Below, one piece after another: positions 1-14,717 of a stretch of DNA of 64,000 nucleotides. A program made the translations under genes and the position numbers. The stretch is taken from NCBI GenBank assembly GCA_030704615.1, contig CM060731.1:30194001-30258000 (forward strand). Reading direction: 5' to 3'. The notes under the pieces were generated by a model that did no database searches, had not been told where the DNA came from, and saw only the letters and a list, made by a program, of their open reading frames with translations. Positions within the stretch are counted from its first letter, which is position 1. Each line of letters opens with the position of its first letter. This DNA is from Takakia lepidozioides (Eukaryota; Plantae; Bryophyta).

Positions 1-26
1 AAATTGAGGAGGAAAAGACACTTCAC

Positions 27-716
27 CTTCACAAGCCTCACCAGCCCTTTCCTTGGATCAGGAACAACTCGCGTCCCACTTGCTACCATTTTACCAGCAC
101 GGAATTCAAAGAGAGCTTCCTGTTATTTTCAATTAAAATATGGTCAATTGACTAAATCTTTCATCCAGACCTACTTTGAATGTCCTAATAATCCATCTCT
201 GTGCTTCAAGAAACTTCACACCCATGATCTTGATTGTCTGGATGCACGTGGTCTGTGGTTATTTGGGCTTAAAAGTTAGAAATCGGCACTTTCTTGGAGT
301 ACGTCAGCTTTCCTCAAAATTTGACAGTGGCGAACAGCATCAATCAAATGCTGTGCTTACTTGTATTCAAAATTTCTCATCGATGAGCAAGAACCAAACA
401 TTCCCCGATTTTTCCCAATGGCTACCAGGTACTATTTGCACCAATGACCTAAAACGCGAGTACTAGGTGAAAATACTGTCGGCACCTTGAGTGTTAAGAC
501 TTGCAAGTTGCGAGAACCAGGGGCTCAGGTGTGAGCACCCTAATTGTTTGTGACTCTTGTTGTTAAGGACCCACACGTAAAGCCTAATTTGCGCTCGTGG
601 TGAAACGAGGTTCATAACAACATCTGTCGAATCTCCATCCAACTTAAGAACCACATTACCTGGTTTGGCAATTCTGGGATTGGAGACCCGAACGATGGCC
701 TCGGTGTCAGCCCCAT
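27..716 (-). CDS. RPN13: 26S proteasome ubiquitin receptor RPN13/ADRM1, first two coding exons (gene continues beyond the window start)
   Basis: Exon 716..660 ([19 protein letters not shown], donor gtaatg) and exon 119..27 ([31 protein letters not shown], ag/gt bounded, phase 0). EFRAGKM...RVVPD.RKGLV is the N-terminal Pru-domain signature of RPN13. Missed by the ORF track. Confidence 0.9.
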
Positions 717-1280
717 GGCAGTTCCTCTCCCCTACCAATCAGTGTAGATAGCAGCTGGATGCCTCCTACACATCCTCCAACTTCATCAAAAACCTCTCCA
801 GCATACCAGGATATACAACGAATTGCTTCTTGCACCCGCGTCAGGGAAGCAGGTCACACGCATTCCGCTATCCGAATTTTCTAATCCCCGCAATAACTCA
901 ATTCAATCTCTCAATTGGCCCCTTCCTGAAACGACAGGCGAGGTCACAGACTTCAAGAACACCAGAGATCAAATTCATCTCAAAACACGGACCACATGTT
1001 AAGTAGCTTCATATCAGAAAGAGCCAGCGAGACAAACAGCAAGAAATTACCACAGAAGAGGTCAGAGAAACCTCCACCACTTCAAGAACAGAAAAAACTT
1101 GAAAAAGGCACACGTTCAAGCACAATCTGACACCTTACCAGAAACAATGAGAGACGAGACAGCAGAAATGCGACCTAAATCTGTCGATTTCTCACAAGCA
1201 AGGGCCGGGCCTTCTCAAACGCACAAGAGCGGGGGAAAAGGAAGTGAGGCAGCGTTTTCTCTATTGGCGAATTTTCGCCA

Positions 1281-1858
1281 GATTTCGACCTCAAAAAATA
1301 AAATAGAATATTCTGTCGTAAATTCCCTATTCTTTCATGGATGAAATCGCCAAATTTCCCAAATACAAAATAAAAAATGGATGAATTCGCCAAATATGGA
1401 TGACATAAATGGATTGAAATACATAAATGGATGAAATTAAGTAGATGAACAGAATGTACCGCTATTTTTTGCAAACCTCTGGAGCCACTCGTGCTGTTTT
1501 CCAGATTTCTTGAAGAAAACACTGTGAGGGGCGTCCTCTCGAGATACACGCGACATCTCTCAATTTTCAGTGTTTTTATTTCAGGCGAAATTTCGCACTT
1601 TTTCGACCTCAAAATAAAACGAATATTCTGTCGTAAATTCGTAAATTCCCTATTTTCTCATGGATGAAATCGCCAAAATTCGCCCAAAAAAAATAAACTG
1701 GGGATGAATTCGCCTAATATGGATGATATACATGGATGAAATTACAGAGGAGGATGATTCTGTCCAAATTTCAGTGGATGAACAGAAAATATGGCTATTT
1801 CCTGCAAAACTCAGTAGCCACTCCTGTTATTTTCCAAATTCGAGAAAAAAAAACACTG
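1281..1858. repeat. Diverged ~250-bp segment duplicated in tandem in the RPN13/RPS15 intergenic promoter
   Basis: tttcgacctcaaaa..gaatattctgtcgtaaattc..catggatgaaatcgccaaa..agccactc..aaaacactg occurs at ~1281-1525 and again at ~1601-1858. Confidence 0.85.
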
Positions 1859-1940
1859 CTCTCAAATGGTCGGAGTCCACCAGCCGGTCCTGTGTTCGAA
1901 TCCAAAGGCGAGTCCATGCTCTTTTTCTCACCGTCAAGGT

Positions 1941-1954
1941 TAGGGTTTAGGGTT
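1941..1954. promoter_or_regulatory. Telo-box (TAGGGTTTAGGGTT) upstream of the ribosomal protein gene
   Basis: Reverse complement of AAACCCTA, ~90 bp before the RPS15 ATG and followed by a CT-rich leader. Telo-boxes are typical of plant translation-machinery promoters. Confidence 0.7.
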
Positions 1955-2040
1955 AAGACGGGCTCTACTCTCTTTATCTCCCTCTTTCTCTCTCTCTCTC
2001 TCAGCGGTCTCTTGCTGCAGCAGCTGAGCTTCTCTCAGTC

Positions 2041-3375
<1,335 letters not shown>

Positions 3376-4084
3376 AATGCTGCACTTAGCCACTATGGCA
3401 TTGTATGGCCGTTCTTGTTGACACAAGTTGGTCTGGACAATTTTTTTGAAGAGCATGCAATTGATGCTGTAACAAGTGTTGGAATTGAAGTGACTTTGTT
3501 GTGTGGTCAACATCACATCTGTCAAAATAGGAGGCTGTTCTGCACTTCTCTGCTGCAGTTTTTTGCTTCATTCAGATGTCAATAAGAACCTCCATGAAAA
3601 AGGCTGAGAGTATGAAATCAGAGGTCTTGATTCTAAGTTTACTACCACGCATCTCTTCCCTTTGGTATAAAGTAAGTGAGGTTCACCAATGGTGCTCTTG
3701 CTTGTCCAACAGAAGAATGACAGACTAGGGGTGCTACTAGAGGTTAACCCAGTGCAGAAAGCAATGCATGTCAAACATTAACGTACAATGCTTTGATATT
3801 CATAAGTACTATCACAGGTAGAGGAATGATGTGAAGTCAGTGGACTTGAGGGGTGAGACCAGCTTGTAGACAATTGCAGGCTAGTATGCACGCGGCATCC
3901 AGCTGTTTGTGGTATGATGCAATAGAGTTTCGTACCTGGAATGCCTCACACAACTTAACCTTGCGTGGCTACCTTGCCTCCTAGGCTCTTGGCCTTCACT
4001 GGTATATGTCATAAGGGTGTCCACTTTCCAATCGGAAGACAGTAACCCTTTGGGGTCACTGGGTGATACCATTACGTTTGCTTC

Positions 4085-4300
4085 AGTGGAGTCAAAAGAA
4101 AAATATTGGGTGTAGAATCATCCAATTCTTCAAGAAATCAGTCTACTCTGGTCTAAAACATTTATCCAGTGTTAGAGGTTGCAATCTTATAGCTTGAGCC
4201 TTGGCCAAGATTTTGTAGGTAAAGTTGAGTAGTGGACTCAATTGGCATGTAGTAGATGACAATGTCATGTCACCCTTCTTATTATGAGTGAGAGTAATCC
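4085..4300 (-). mobile_element. Decayed L1-type LINE reverse transcriptase fragment
   Basis: KKGDMT..CQLSPLLNFTYKILAKAQAIRLQPL..RPE resembles the L1 RT motif R-P-I-S-L-L-N..YKILAK.LA.RL.P. Confidence 0.7.
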
Positions 4301-4700
4301 TTTTTTTTTTTTTTTTTAAATTTAACGGAACAGGGGACAGAGGCCCTGAAAATATATTAGAAGAAATGGAAAAAATAACCACCCTGAGGCCATGAAGGCT
4401 TCCAGCATCCCCGGGACCAAAAATCCATGAGCTAAAGAGAGAGTTCTATCAATGTGAACAGAGAGTGTAGAATTAGTAACCAGAGAAGGTGTTGTATCTT
4501 GCAGTATGTTTTACGCAACACTAAAAGCAAGAGGCTGAAAAGCTGAGATGCCTTGGGATGCAGAGTTGAGAGAGTAGTGACCAGAAGGGGAAATGTAACC
4601 AAGTCCTGCAATGGCTATCTATGAGATGCTGGTGCTCTGAAACTTATGCCCTAAAACTCTGAAACTTAAGCTGTGCTTTGGATTTAGAGTCCCTTGCACG
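4301..4700 (-). mobile_element. 5'-truncated LINE 3' end with poly(A) tail
   Basis: Poly-T followed by ggggacagaggccct...aaaaataaccacc. The same terminal motif recurs at ~29935, ~44440 and ~62310. Confidence 0.55.
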
Positions 4701-4893
4701 TTTGTGGCCCAGCCGGAGATTTCTCATTGGTGGGGGAATTAGTCTTTCCATTGCACTGCAGCGGAAACACGGGTGTCGAGGAGGCCATTCTTGCCATATG
4801 CATCTGTGGGATGTTGAATGCACTGGTTTACTGCTATTAGAAAAGTGCTTATAATTACAGGACGCGGACTCTTACTGAAATGTGAGAGTTATT

Positions 4894-4928
4894 ATTGTGA
4901 TTGTGATTGTGATTGTGATTGTGATTGT
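4894..4928. repeat. (ATTGTG)n microsatellite
   Basis: About 5-6 tandem copies of attgtg. Confidence 0.9.
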
Positions 4929-5699
4929 TTTGCTGTATTATTTAATCTAGCAATGTATAATATGATAACATACCACAATGGCCTAATGAGGGAGAATGTC
5001 AAGCATATTTGAAGGTGGAGTGTCTACCAAACCAACCACTAATGATGAAAGCTCGTGCATAACATGAATGAAACAATGGCGAAAGAAATCGGAATGCAAA
5101 ATTCCACCAAAATTTTATTTCAGATGATTGTTTGGAATAAACATGTATGGTGGATATGGATTTGACAGCATTGCAGTATGACACCAAAAAGAAGTCCTAT
5201 CCCTATGCAACCTAAAAAGCCTTCATCAAAATATCCTATGAAAGAGGTGTACTATTTTGGGGACGATTCACTGTGGAAATAAATAGATCAAGACACTGAG
5301 GATAAATTCACAAGGGAAACAGGAACACATACAAGAGGAAGGATGGGCAAGAAGCCTCTCTCCAAAATTATAGATATTATCACCCAGTAATGCCGCCAAT
5401 GACAAATCAAAAACTAAGTCCTGCACCAAGCCCTCATCGCCCCATTTGACATTAGACTATAGTAAGCTACGCCGACGAACATGATGAGGTATATTGAGTA
5501 TGACATTAATATATTTGATAGTTTTTTGCTTTACTTCAAAATAGATGAGCACAAAGCATAGGGAAGATGAAAGGCGGAGCCTCAGAACATTCATACAAAA
5601 TCCCTTGCCTACATGACCCGTGAAAGCATGGTGAGTGCCACCAGCTATGTTTGCCATGTGACTATCTGATCCTTCAAAGAGAAACACAAAGAAGGTGCG

Positions 5700-6000
5700 C
5701 AAAAGACATTGTTTGCTCAGTGCTGTAGCCTTGTGGCCATCGACCTTATTTCCAATTTTGCGAGGAACAAAATGAAATAGATGTTATATTCTTTGTGAGG
5801 GGCTCACACTAGTAGCTGACTTACCTTAGTAAAAAATAATTAATTCGGGTTGAGATGATCCCTTCACACAACCATCAATTTGTTGTGTGTGAGTTGCCCT
5901 GCAATTATACTCCAAGAGGCTAGAGCTTTAGGCTCAGGGCTCTCAAGATTGCCACCGTAAGTTTAAATTTCAGTCGACCGTTGAGTGAGAGAGAGAGAGA
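5700..6000. repeat. Dispersed modular repeat copy (modules A-B-C), putative DIRS-type terminal sequence
   Basis: gtagccttgtggcc...gaggggctca...tcacacaaccatc...gctttaggctcag, shared with copies at ~24305, ~32640, ~35841 and ~36490. Confidence 0.6.
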
Positions 6001-6224
6001 CAAGACTCCTTGTCGATCCTCCAATGTCGCTGTCGCGGTCGCTGGATTGCATAGCCAGAAAGGGTAACAATTCTCACAATTAGAAAACTGGAAAAAAATT
6101 ACAAATTTTCTCGGAATCAAAAAGGTAATTTCTCAGCCACCTCGACCTCCCACAAGCACATGCGTCATGCAGAAATACAACCCCCACTTGAATGTGGCTT
6201 TGATAAACGTCTTGTTCTTCCTTA

Positions 6225-7270
6225 GTCCCACAGGCCACTGGGCACAGCCTGTCACAGCCCGTCATAGCCCCACAGGCCACAGGGCACAGCCCGTCACAGC
6301 TCGCCACAGCCTGTCACAACCCGTCACAGCCCCACAGGCCACTGGGCACAGCTGTCACAGCCCCGCACAGCCCGTCACAGCCCCACAGGCCACTGGGCAC
6401 AGCCTGTCACAGCCCCGCACAGCCCGTCACAGCCCGACAGGCCACTGGGTACAGCCTGTCACAGCCCCTCACAACCCCAAAGGCCTCAGGCACGGCCTGA
6501 CACAGCCCCTCACAGCCCCTCACAGCCCCAAAGGCCTCAGGTACGGTCTGTCACAGCCCCTCACAACCCCAAAGGCCACGGGCACAGCCTGTCACAGCCC
6601 CTCGCAGCCCGTCACAGCCCCACAGGCCTCAGGCACGGCCTGACACAGCCCCTCACAGCCCGTCACAGCCCGTCACAGCCCCAAAGGCCTCAGGCACGGC
6701 CTGTCACAGCCCCTCACAGCCCGTCACAGCCCCAAAGGCCTCAGGCACGACCTATCACAGCCCCTCACAGCCCATCACAGCCCTAAAGGCCACGGGCACA
6801 GCCTATCACAGCCCCAAAAGGCCACGGGCACAGCCCCTCACAGCCCCCAAGGCCACCGGCGTAGCCCGTCACAGGCCCTCACAGCCCGTCACGACCCCGA
6901 AGGCCACCGGCACAGGCCCTCACAGGCCCTCACAGCCCGTCACAGCCCTGAAGGCCACCGGCGCAGCCCCTCACAGCCCCAAAGGCCTCAGGCACGGCCT
7001 GTCACAGCCCCTCACAGCCCGTCACAGCCCCAAAGGCCTCAGGCACGGCCTGTCACAGCCCCTCACAGCCCATCACAACCCCAAAGGCCATGGGCACAGC
7101 CCCTCACAGCCCGTCACAGCCCCACAGGCCACTGGGCACAGCCTGTCACAGCCCCGCACAGCCCGTCACAGCTCGCCACAGCCCCTCACAGCCCCAAAGG
7201 CCTCAGGCACGGCCTGTCACAGCCCCTCACAGCCCATCACAGCCCCAAAAGGCCACCGTCACAGCCCCAT
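6225..7270. repeat. Complex C/A-rich minisatellite (cacagcccc / gtcacagccc / aggccactggg sub-units, ~40-50-bp higher order)
   Basis: About 1 kb of nested ~10-bp units. The repetitive ORFs 6167..6643 and 7090..7293 are by-products of the array. Confidence 0.92.
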
Positions 7271-7619
7271 CCATGGCCGCTCTGGCAGTTTAGCCATTTC
7301 TCCAAGGGGTTTAGCCACGCCAAGCTAGGGTTTGTGTCTCTTGGACTCTAGGCTTCTTTCCACCGAGCTATGGCGGCTGTGAGGAAATCAGTAAGGTATT
7401 CTTGCTCTTTCGGCTCCCACACACCACCATAGTAGCCCTAAGCCATGAGGTGGTTGCCACAAACCAAGCCTTCTTTCTCACTTAGCCTCCCCAAACACGC
7501 CACTAAACTCAATGGCAAACAACCAAGCCCTGCTGGTTCCCAGCCCTTGTGAGCACTCATTCAAGCACTCTCCTTGGCCATAGCATCTATCTTAAGCCTA
7601 TTCCAGCCCCCTACACCTG

Positions 7620-8120
7620 CTGCTTCAAGAGTTGCGCTCCCTTCAAGCTTGAAGTTGAAACCCCAACTCACATAGGCCCTACAAGTGCTTTTCTTTCACT
7701 CCAAGTGGAAACCAGCCCTAGACCTTCCATTCTAGCTCTCTAAAGCTTGAAAATAATAGCCTCAATGGGCTAAAGGCATGCTCCACACATGCCCCACTCT
7801 CACCATAAGAGAATCAGCTCCTTTGCTTCATTTCTTGCACCCACAAACCTGAAAATACAAGCTTCAGCAGGCTGAAAGCATGCTCCACATGCCCTACATG
7901 GAAACCAGCCCCTTCCTTCCTTTCTTGCACTCCCACACCTGAAAGTGCAAGCCTTCACCAGGCTGATAGCATGCTCCACACATGCATTGCCCTCACATTA
8001 GGGAAGTCAGCCCTTTCCTCTTCCTTGCTTGCCCTCTAAGCTTGAAGATGGAAGTTTCAATGAGCTGAATACATGCTCCACACATGCAACCTCTTCACAC
8101 AAGAGATATCAGCCCCCTAT
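7620..8120. repeat. Degenerate ~100-bp tandem repeat (about 4 copies)
   Basis: gcatgctccaca(ca)tgc recurs at ~7777, ~7878, ~7969 and ~8072, each followed by a cagccc-like motif and a (c)ctgaaa/cttgaa motif. Confidence 0.7.
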
Positions 8121-9610
8121 CTTGGCTCCTTGGCTCCTTGATGCTCTCTAAGACAAGACTAAGCACTCCACAGCCTTTGCCAAGCTCCTGAAACCCTAAG
8201 GCTTACATTTCCAGCCACAAATACACTTCTCTTGTGATGCAAGAGCTCTTCTTCCAAGCTCTGAAACCCTAGGTGCACATTCCATGGCCTTGCCGCACCT
8301 CTTAGCTCCTGTTCCAGCCCTGCTCTTGCCATGACAAGAGCCCTCTCAATGCTGAAGCTCGAGATTGAAACCCAATCTCACCATACTCCATAAAGTGCAC
8401 TGATTTGCCCCAAGCCAAATCAGCCCCTTCGCTTGGTCTTGCAATCTTTCACACAATGAAAGCTCGCATTCCCAAGTCCAGTTCTCAGCTTTGCCACCAA
8501 AACCACTATAACCTGCTCTTGACTGGTCCTCTTCCCAATCGTGCTTGCTCATGCATGTACACAATCTGAAACCATCAAGGTGCTCTGGAATTATCTGCAG
8601 CATGGTGCTTTCATCTCTGAAGCTGAAGATCGAATGTCAAGGTCTACCACCTCGTAACCCACATCGCCTCCGCTTCTAACAACCAAGAGCTCAATCTCCT
8701 TGCATAACAACTTGGTTTCTCTCATTCTCAAGCAAAAACCACAAGTGCTACAACTAACTCGTATCTGGCACTCACAGATACGAGCTCATCTTTCTCGAGT
8801 GATAAAGAAGAAGAATACAAGCACGAGCTCACAAATCTGAAGCATAAACTCATGCATATATAACCTCATCACTCAAATACAAGTCAAGCCAAGTGCACCC
8901 CACGCCATGGGGAATCCACACTACGGCGCCATAGCTAGGCGCGGTGAGGCTCAACTCAAGAAAGATGAGCCTTCCGCGCTTGCCGTGAAGATAACCACTC
9001 CAGGGCCTAAATCTGCCTTGACCCCTGGATTGACACTTGGGCCAATCCCAAATGTCAATATGTAAAAGCTAGCTATTTCCTAGCTAGTTTCACACTAGTG
9101 GTAAAATAACTTGACATGTTTAGTTTCGCCAAGTTTGTTTCGCAGTGGAAATTTCGTGGAAATTCGGGGAATATGCCTGTGTGCTCGCGTGAGCATGCTC
9201 ACGCGCACCCAACCTCTCTCCGAAAATGGCAGCTGGACCAAGGAGGCACTACTTTCCGCCGCCACATCCTCCGACACCTGATGCAGTTTTGTCCGTTGCC
9301 GTAGCTTTTTTGGGTCAGGTCCTGCCTGTCTTCTCGCATCTTAGCATCATTATCTCCTTTCTTACTTAATGCAGAGACACTCAAGTAATGACGACGTGAC
9401 TGAATGCGATCAAGTTGATCACCTTATGTTGGTTTTCCAATTCTATAGCTGCTGCATGCTTGGCCCACGCAACCATGCAATCGCCATACATGCCCACGTG
9501 TGGGCCTGCCATACAATAGCCACGAGACTACAACGACACCCACTTCCATGGCCAATAGCAATGTGCTCCTCTGAGCAATACCGTAGAGGCCACTCTATTT
9601 CGACGGACCC

Positions 9611-9830
9611 TTGCCGGAATCATTAAATACATGCAGGTCGCCAGGTCCGGCAGGCTTAATAACAATATTAATTATTTCGTTTAGGCTTCATCCAATTTTT
9701 CAAGACTTCCGCACCCGGGTTGCCGGAATCATTAAATACATGCATGTCGCCATGTCCGGCAGACTTAATGACAATATTAATTATTTCGTTTAGGCTTCAT
9801 CCAATTTTTCAAGAATTTGGCACCCATGGT
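9611..9830. repeat. 109-bp tandem duplication
   Basis: ttgccggaatcattaaatacatgca...ttaggcttcatccaatttttcaaga..gcaccc is present twice, at 9611 and 9720. Confidence 0.9.
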
Positions 9831-11490
9831 ACTTTTTCATTAAATTAGGTGGGCCATGTCAAGATTCACTTATAGATAACATTCTCTTTGTGGCAAGTCA
9901 TAATTATGGTTAGCCATAACTCTCTCCCAAGCCATAGTCATGGCTAGCGGTAAATATTTTTAATAAGTCTCAAACTTTGTTTTTATTATTATTTTGTTTT
10001 CCAAACTTGACGATTAAGTGTTACCATATTGTTACCTTTTGTTTTCAAAGTTCATCTTTTTAAGTGCAGATTATTCCCATATTTCGTCTACTCCCATGGC
10101 AGAATTTTAAAATATTCGTTCTCTCTTAAAGTGAATTAATTAAAAACGAAATAGAGCGACCTCTATGGTAGTCACCTTTCTGCCATGCATACTTGGCGCT
10201 CCAAGTTAATGGGGCCCCACCCAATAGCCACGACATTACTCCCTCCTCGACTTTCAGACACCCACTTCCGTGTCGACTGCCCATTGCGATATTTTTTTTC
10301 ATTCGACTTAGGGTACATATTGACTTGACATGCTAAAACAATGGTCGCTCTGCCGGTTTATCTCTTCAACCTTGTTAAATAAGGATTAGCAGTCACTTTG
10401 ATGTCCGCTTTATGTTGAGTCACGCAGTGGGAAATGTTTGAAGGGTGATGACTACAGGTTGTAACCAGCGTCCTTAGAGGGAATAAATTGAAGGCGAAGA
10501 ATATGGGTTACATCCAGCTTCCTCAAGGCATAAAACCATGACACGAAGGCAAAACTCGTCCTAAAACCGGTTATGATATCCTCTTCCAATTCGACAGAAT
10601 AAGCAAGCAAAATCCATTCTGTGGAGACTTGAGACAAATATGCACCTGGCCCTTCCACACTAGGACGAGATTTTGGTGTATTCAGCATTTCTCCTTCAAC
10701 ATTACAACATCCTTACTACAAAGGGCAATTGATTGAACATCCACAACCGAACTCCAAAGAGATTGAGAACATGGAAGAGAACGTACGTAGAATACACGTA
10801 CAATACATAGCTACAAATTTGGTACCGCGGGAGTAACTTATACAGGGAGAATACTGTGACCTCGAGAGGCTGACTATGGCACCCTGCTTTGCTACTGCAC
10901 TCCCGCTAGCAGCCTTATTACGCTGTAGGGATGCTCTCATGTCCCCGCATCTGCACACACGAGATCGAGAGAGAACCAGGGACTGTATGGAGAGGGGAGG
11001 TTTCGAGAGGATTGCATGGGAGGACACATTGTGTGTGTGTGAGAGAGAGAGAGAGTAGACTGGCGAAAGAAGCGTGAAAAAAGAGGCGATGACAACTGTA
11101 GTGGAGGATTAGGGGTTCATTTCAGCAGGTACGGAGGGGCGCGTGGTGCATACATGCAGAAAACAGAATTCTTGCTTAAAGAGACGGTAGCGAGGAGTCA
11201 GGCACGACAACAACGCCGGACACGCCTCACTTAAGAGGAGAGGATAGAAACAAGCAAGTATAAAGACTGCAGAGGAAAGACGCGGAGGAGGGATAGAGTG
11301 GAGGGGAAGCAGTCTGTTGGCAGCTTCTTCGAAGTGTAAGTAGATGCGAGACGTACACATACAGCCTCGAAACACAGAGTCACAAAAAATGTGAGACATT
11401 AGACGGACACACGAACAAAGTCTAGAGACAGAAGATACGGCGGAGAAGAGAGGAGAGAGCAGTCGGTGTGGTATCATAATTCAGAAGGTC

Positions 11491-14005
11491 ATGGTAGAGT
11501 TTAACTGCACAGATCCCCAAGAATGGAGCGCCGCGCTCGCTGCCTACGGCCCCCGCCTCGAGGCATTGGGCAATCCAAAGCTAACTGCGCTGGACACGTT
11601 CTACAGGGTGGATTTCCCAGAGCTGCTGGAAGGGCGGCAACCCGACGCATACATCACACGGGATGAGCTAATGAAGATCATGAACTGGAAGCTGACCCGA
11701 GGCAAATGGAGGTGCTTTCTAATTTTAACGGCGCCTGTTGCACATCTCTGCTTACATTGAGGTGCTTCGATTTCTGGTCTTGGTATTGTATTGCACGTTC
11801 TCTTTCTGACCTCATTTGCTACTGCGTTAAAGAGCGTTAAATCCTGCAATGCAAGAAATTTATAACTCCCACAGGAATCTCAAAGAGATTATGCGCATTG
11901 GAGAGACAGAGAGAGCCATCTGCACTACCCCAGGGTGTCCCAGCAGCAGAAGCGGATTCTTTTTGTACTGCCCAGAGGGAATGCATGAAAGTCTCCATTT
12001 TCGATTTTCCTCTCCTGTTTTCTGCTCCTCTTCTGGATTGTCTGCTTTGCTTGTCTGCTGCTCTAATTCGGTCTTTGAGGTTACGGATAAATCGTGCCCT
12101 CCACTGTGTGGAGAAAATTCCGATTTGTTGAGTGTCATGTTTGTAGTCATCATTCATCTTTACGTGGAACTTCAAATGTACTGAGTGTTTTCCATCGTCA
12201 CATTTCATGAATGGTGCACCTTGAGATCTACTGGTGAACTGGCATTATTCACTTCATGCTTATTGGTGCTGATGTCTGATGCCCGGGTACGATTTGCATG
12301 TGGTCGCACTCATGGTTCTGTGTGTCTCCCTCTCTACTCTCTCGCTTTCTGTCAACTGAGTGCCTTCTTACAGCTTTTGTTCTTGACCTCCTACAGATGG
12401 TATATGCTGAGAAACTGTGCCCTGGACTCTCCTTGGAGCTGGTGCGAAGAGTATATAGTTTACAAAGGTCTTCATTCTGTCTCTTTCACAAGCAACTATC
12501 ATGTGGGATGGCCGTACTAATTAGTGCCAAATGGCAGGTCCCGGCTGCTGAATTTTGTGGCGAATCTTAGCAATGATGATGTGCGGTCAGCGTCACAGCA
12601 AGCTTTTGCAGCGCTGCCTAATCTGAAGGAAGCTGTGGCTCATCTCTCAACGCTGAAGGGGGTGGGACCTGCTACAGCATCAGCTGTGCTTGCAGTGCAT
12701 ATCCCTTCGATTGCACCCTTTATGTCAGATGAGGTGAGTCTATGCCTCCACATTGAGTAGGAAAGTAGGAAATAGGGAGCAGGCCACCTGTATGCCAGTG
12801 TGGTGCCCTGTCCTAGTAATCCAGTATCTGTGAGAAGGGCATCGATTACTATGTAAGGTGGACTTGATTGGGACCTGTGCACAGCACTGACCAACATACA
12901 TGTAAAGAGTGTTACAATGTTCCAGCAGGTCTGATGCTGAAAATGCATCCATTAGCTTCAGTGCTTGTAAGGTCTTAATTGTTCAGTGTTTACTTCTATC
13001 CTGGTGTTGTTGCTACTCTCTATTAAGTAAGCTGTAGGTACAGTCAAGCATAGAAAATGAGTAGACAACAGCCACAAAGAGTGCCAACTGGGTAGAGAGA
13101 GTGGGAGATGCTATGTGACATAACGAACTATCTGTTAAGCAGCCTGTAAGCTAAAACATGAGAAAATGATGGTTGGTTGTTGAAACTCCAGCATTTTTGA
13201 TATAGACCCTCTGACTCCTCATTGCAATTCATGCAGGCTATGGTGGCTGCTCTGGGTGGGGTCAAAGACTACTCAATGAAACAGTACCTTCTCTTTGCTG
13301 AAAAGCTCCAAGTCAAAGCTAAGGTACTCGTCTCACCTAGTCTTGCATAGGCCAGTTACAGTATCATCTGGATTTGTCACACAACCATATGTCTTACTGC
13401 TCGGTGGGATTGCTCGTGCTATGAGATAGCATAAACCAAAACAGGACCAATGAAGGGTGGTACATGTCAAGGGCAGGGTGTGGGAGCACCTTCATAAGGA
13501 TTTTATGCACCCTTCAAATTTTTAAGAGGACTATGAAGCAAAATCTGCAAGCAGAACGCGCTACCCTCTAAATAAACAGGACAGCCACAGATCATCATCC
13601 AGTCATGGGAGGACAAGTTGTCATGAACAGTGCGCATTCCAAAAGCCCTAGTTCTGTATTACCCAAGGAGAGGAAAGTTGGCTATGCCTGGAACTGTTCC
13701 ATCCACTTGTATCCTAGCACACTATATTCAGCTGGCCACCGCCCAGAAGTTAATATTCAAGTTTTTAGTGCTATACATGGTTATCAGTTTACTCATACTC
13801 AACCGAGTTTCTGCAGGAACTCAGAGAGTCAGGAGAACCTGAAATGGAGAACTTCACTGCTTCCGACGTGGAAAGGGCATTGTGGTCTTCAGCAGCTGAG
13901 ACCATGCCCCGCAAGATTCCCAAGAGCAGCAACACTGGCAAATCAAGTGATGCGCCCGTGGACTCATCACTTGCCAGTGGGAAGAAAAGAAAGAAGCGAT
14001 CCTGA
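11491..14005 (+). CDS. Helix-hairpin-helix (DNA glycosylase-like) protein, Arabidopsis At3g12210-like, 4 exons
   Basis: Exons 11491-11711, 12538-12733, 13237-13323, 13817-14005. Motifs MNWKLTRGKWRSRLL, HhH LSTLKGVGPATASAVLA..PFMSDE, DYSMKQYL, DVERALWS, and a C-terminal NLS-like GKKRKKRS*. Confidence 0.88.
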
Positions 14006-14717
14006 ACATTTGGTCTCAGAAATCACTCACAAGTCAATCAACTTCAAGGGTGGAGTTCACATAGTGGGGCTTTATTGCCAGGGACACTCACCGAACAAAT
14101 TTTTGGGGTGGTGACATGACAAGGAAATGGAACATGTTCATCTCTGTTGATAAGAACATTTTGAGGGGAGCTGGATCTATATCGCCTAAGATTTTGAATG
14201 AAAAGGCTTTATTCAGATGTGGTCCCGGAAAAAGTGTGTGGGTATTGACTACTGAGAAAGGAGCCAAACACATTCAGGCATATATTGTGATGAAGTCTCA
14301 CGAACGGCCTACAGTAGAAACACACATGCACCAGCTGAAAAGGGAAGCACAACAAGACACCATGGCAATTTGAAGCTCGTGCAAATGCTGGCATCGAAAA
14401 TTTGCAAGCAACCTTTCATGAGAAAGACGGCTCACCTTGACAGCACTGTCCCATAAGCTCTTTGAGCTTTCCGCGGACGTTATAAAGTACCATTTCATTT
14501 CTACCCAGTCTCTCCCATTTCTGGAGTACAAAGACAAAGGAGTGAAGCACTATTGAATGAAGGACTTACCTCACAGACTTCCAGAGACCCTCTTCCATGA
14601 AGAGCACCTCAAGAGCCACTACTGTGTTATATCAAAATGTTGAAAAAGCAGCTCAGTGATGACCAAGGTGAAGAATTATGGCAGGAAACTGGAGTAGTGT
14701 AACTGTGAGAGAGTAGC

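Noticed and set aside
6167-7293. Repetitive ORFs (PVTAPQATGH...) and a CRISPR-like look
   Set aside because: Translations of a minisatellite. There are no unique spacers and no cas genes, and the context is eukaryotic.
10682-11027. Minus-strand ORF resembling a transit peptide
   Set aside because: The ORF-track start is GTG, not ATG. The first in-frame ATG gives only a short peptide with no recognisable family.
11837-12208. Overlapping ORFs in both directions
   Set aside because: They lie inside intron 1 of the HhH gene and have no recognisable motifs.
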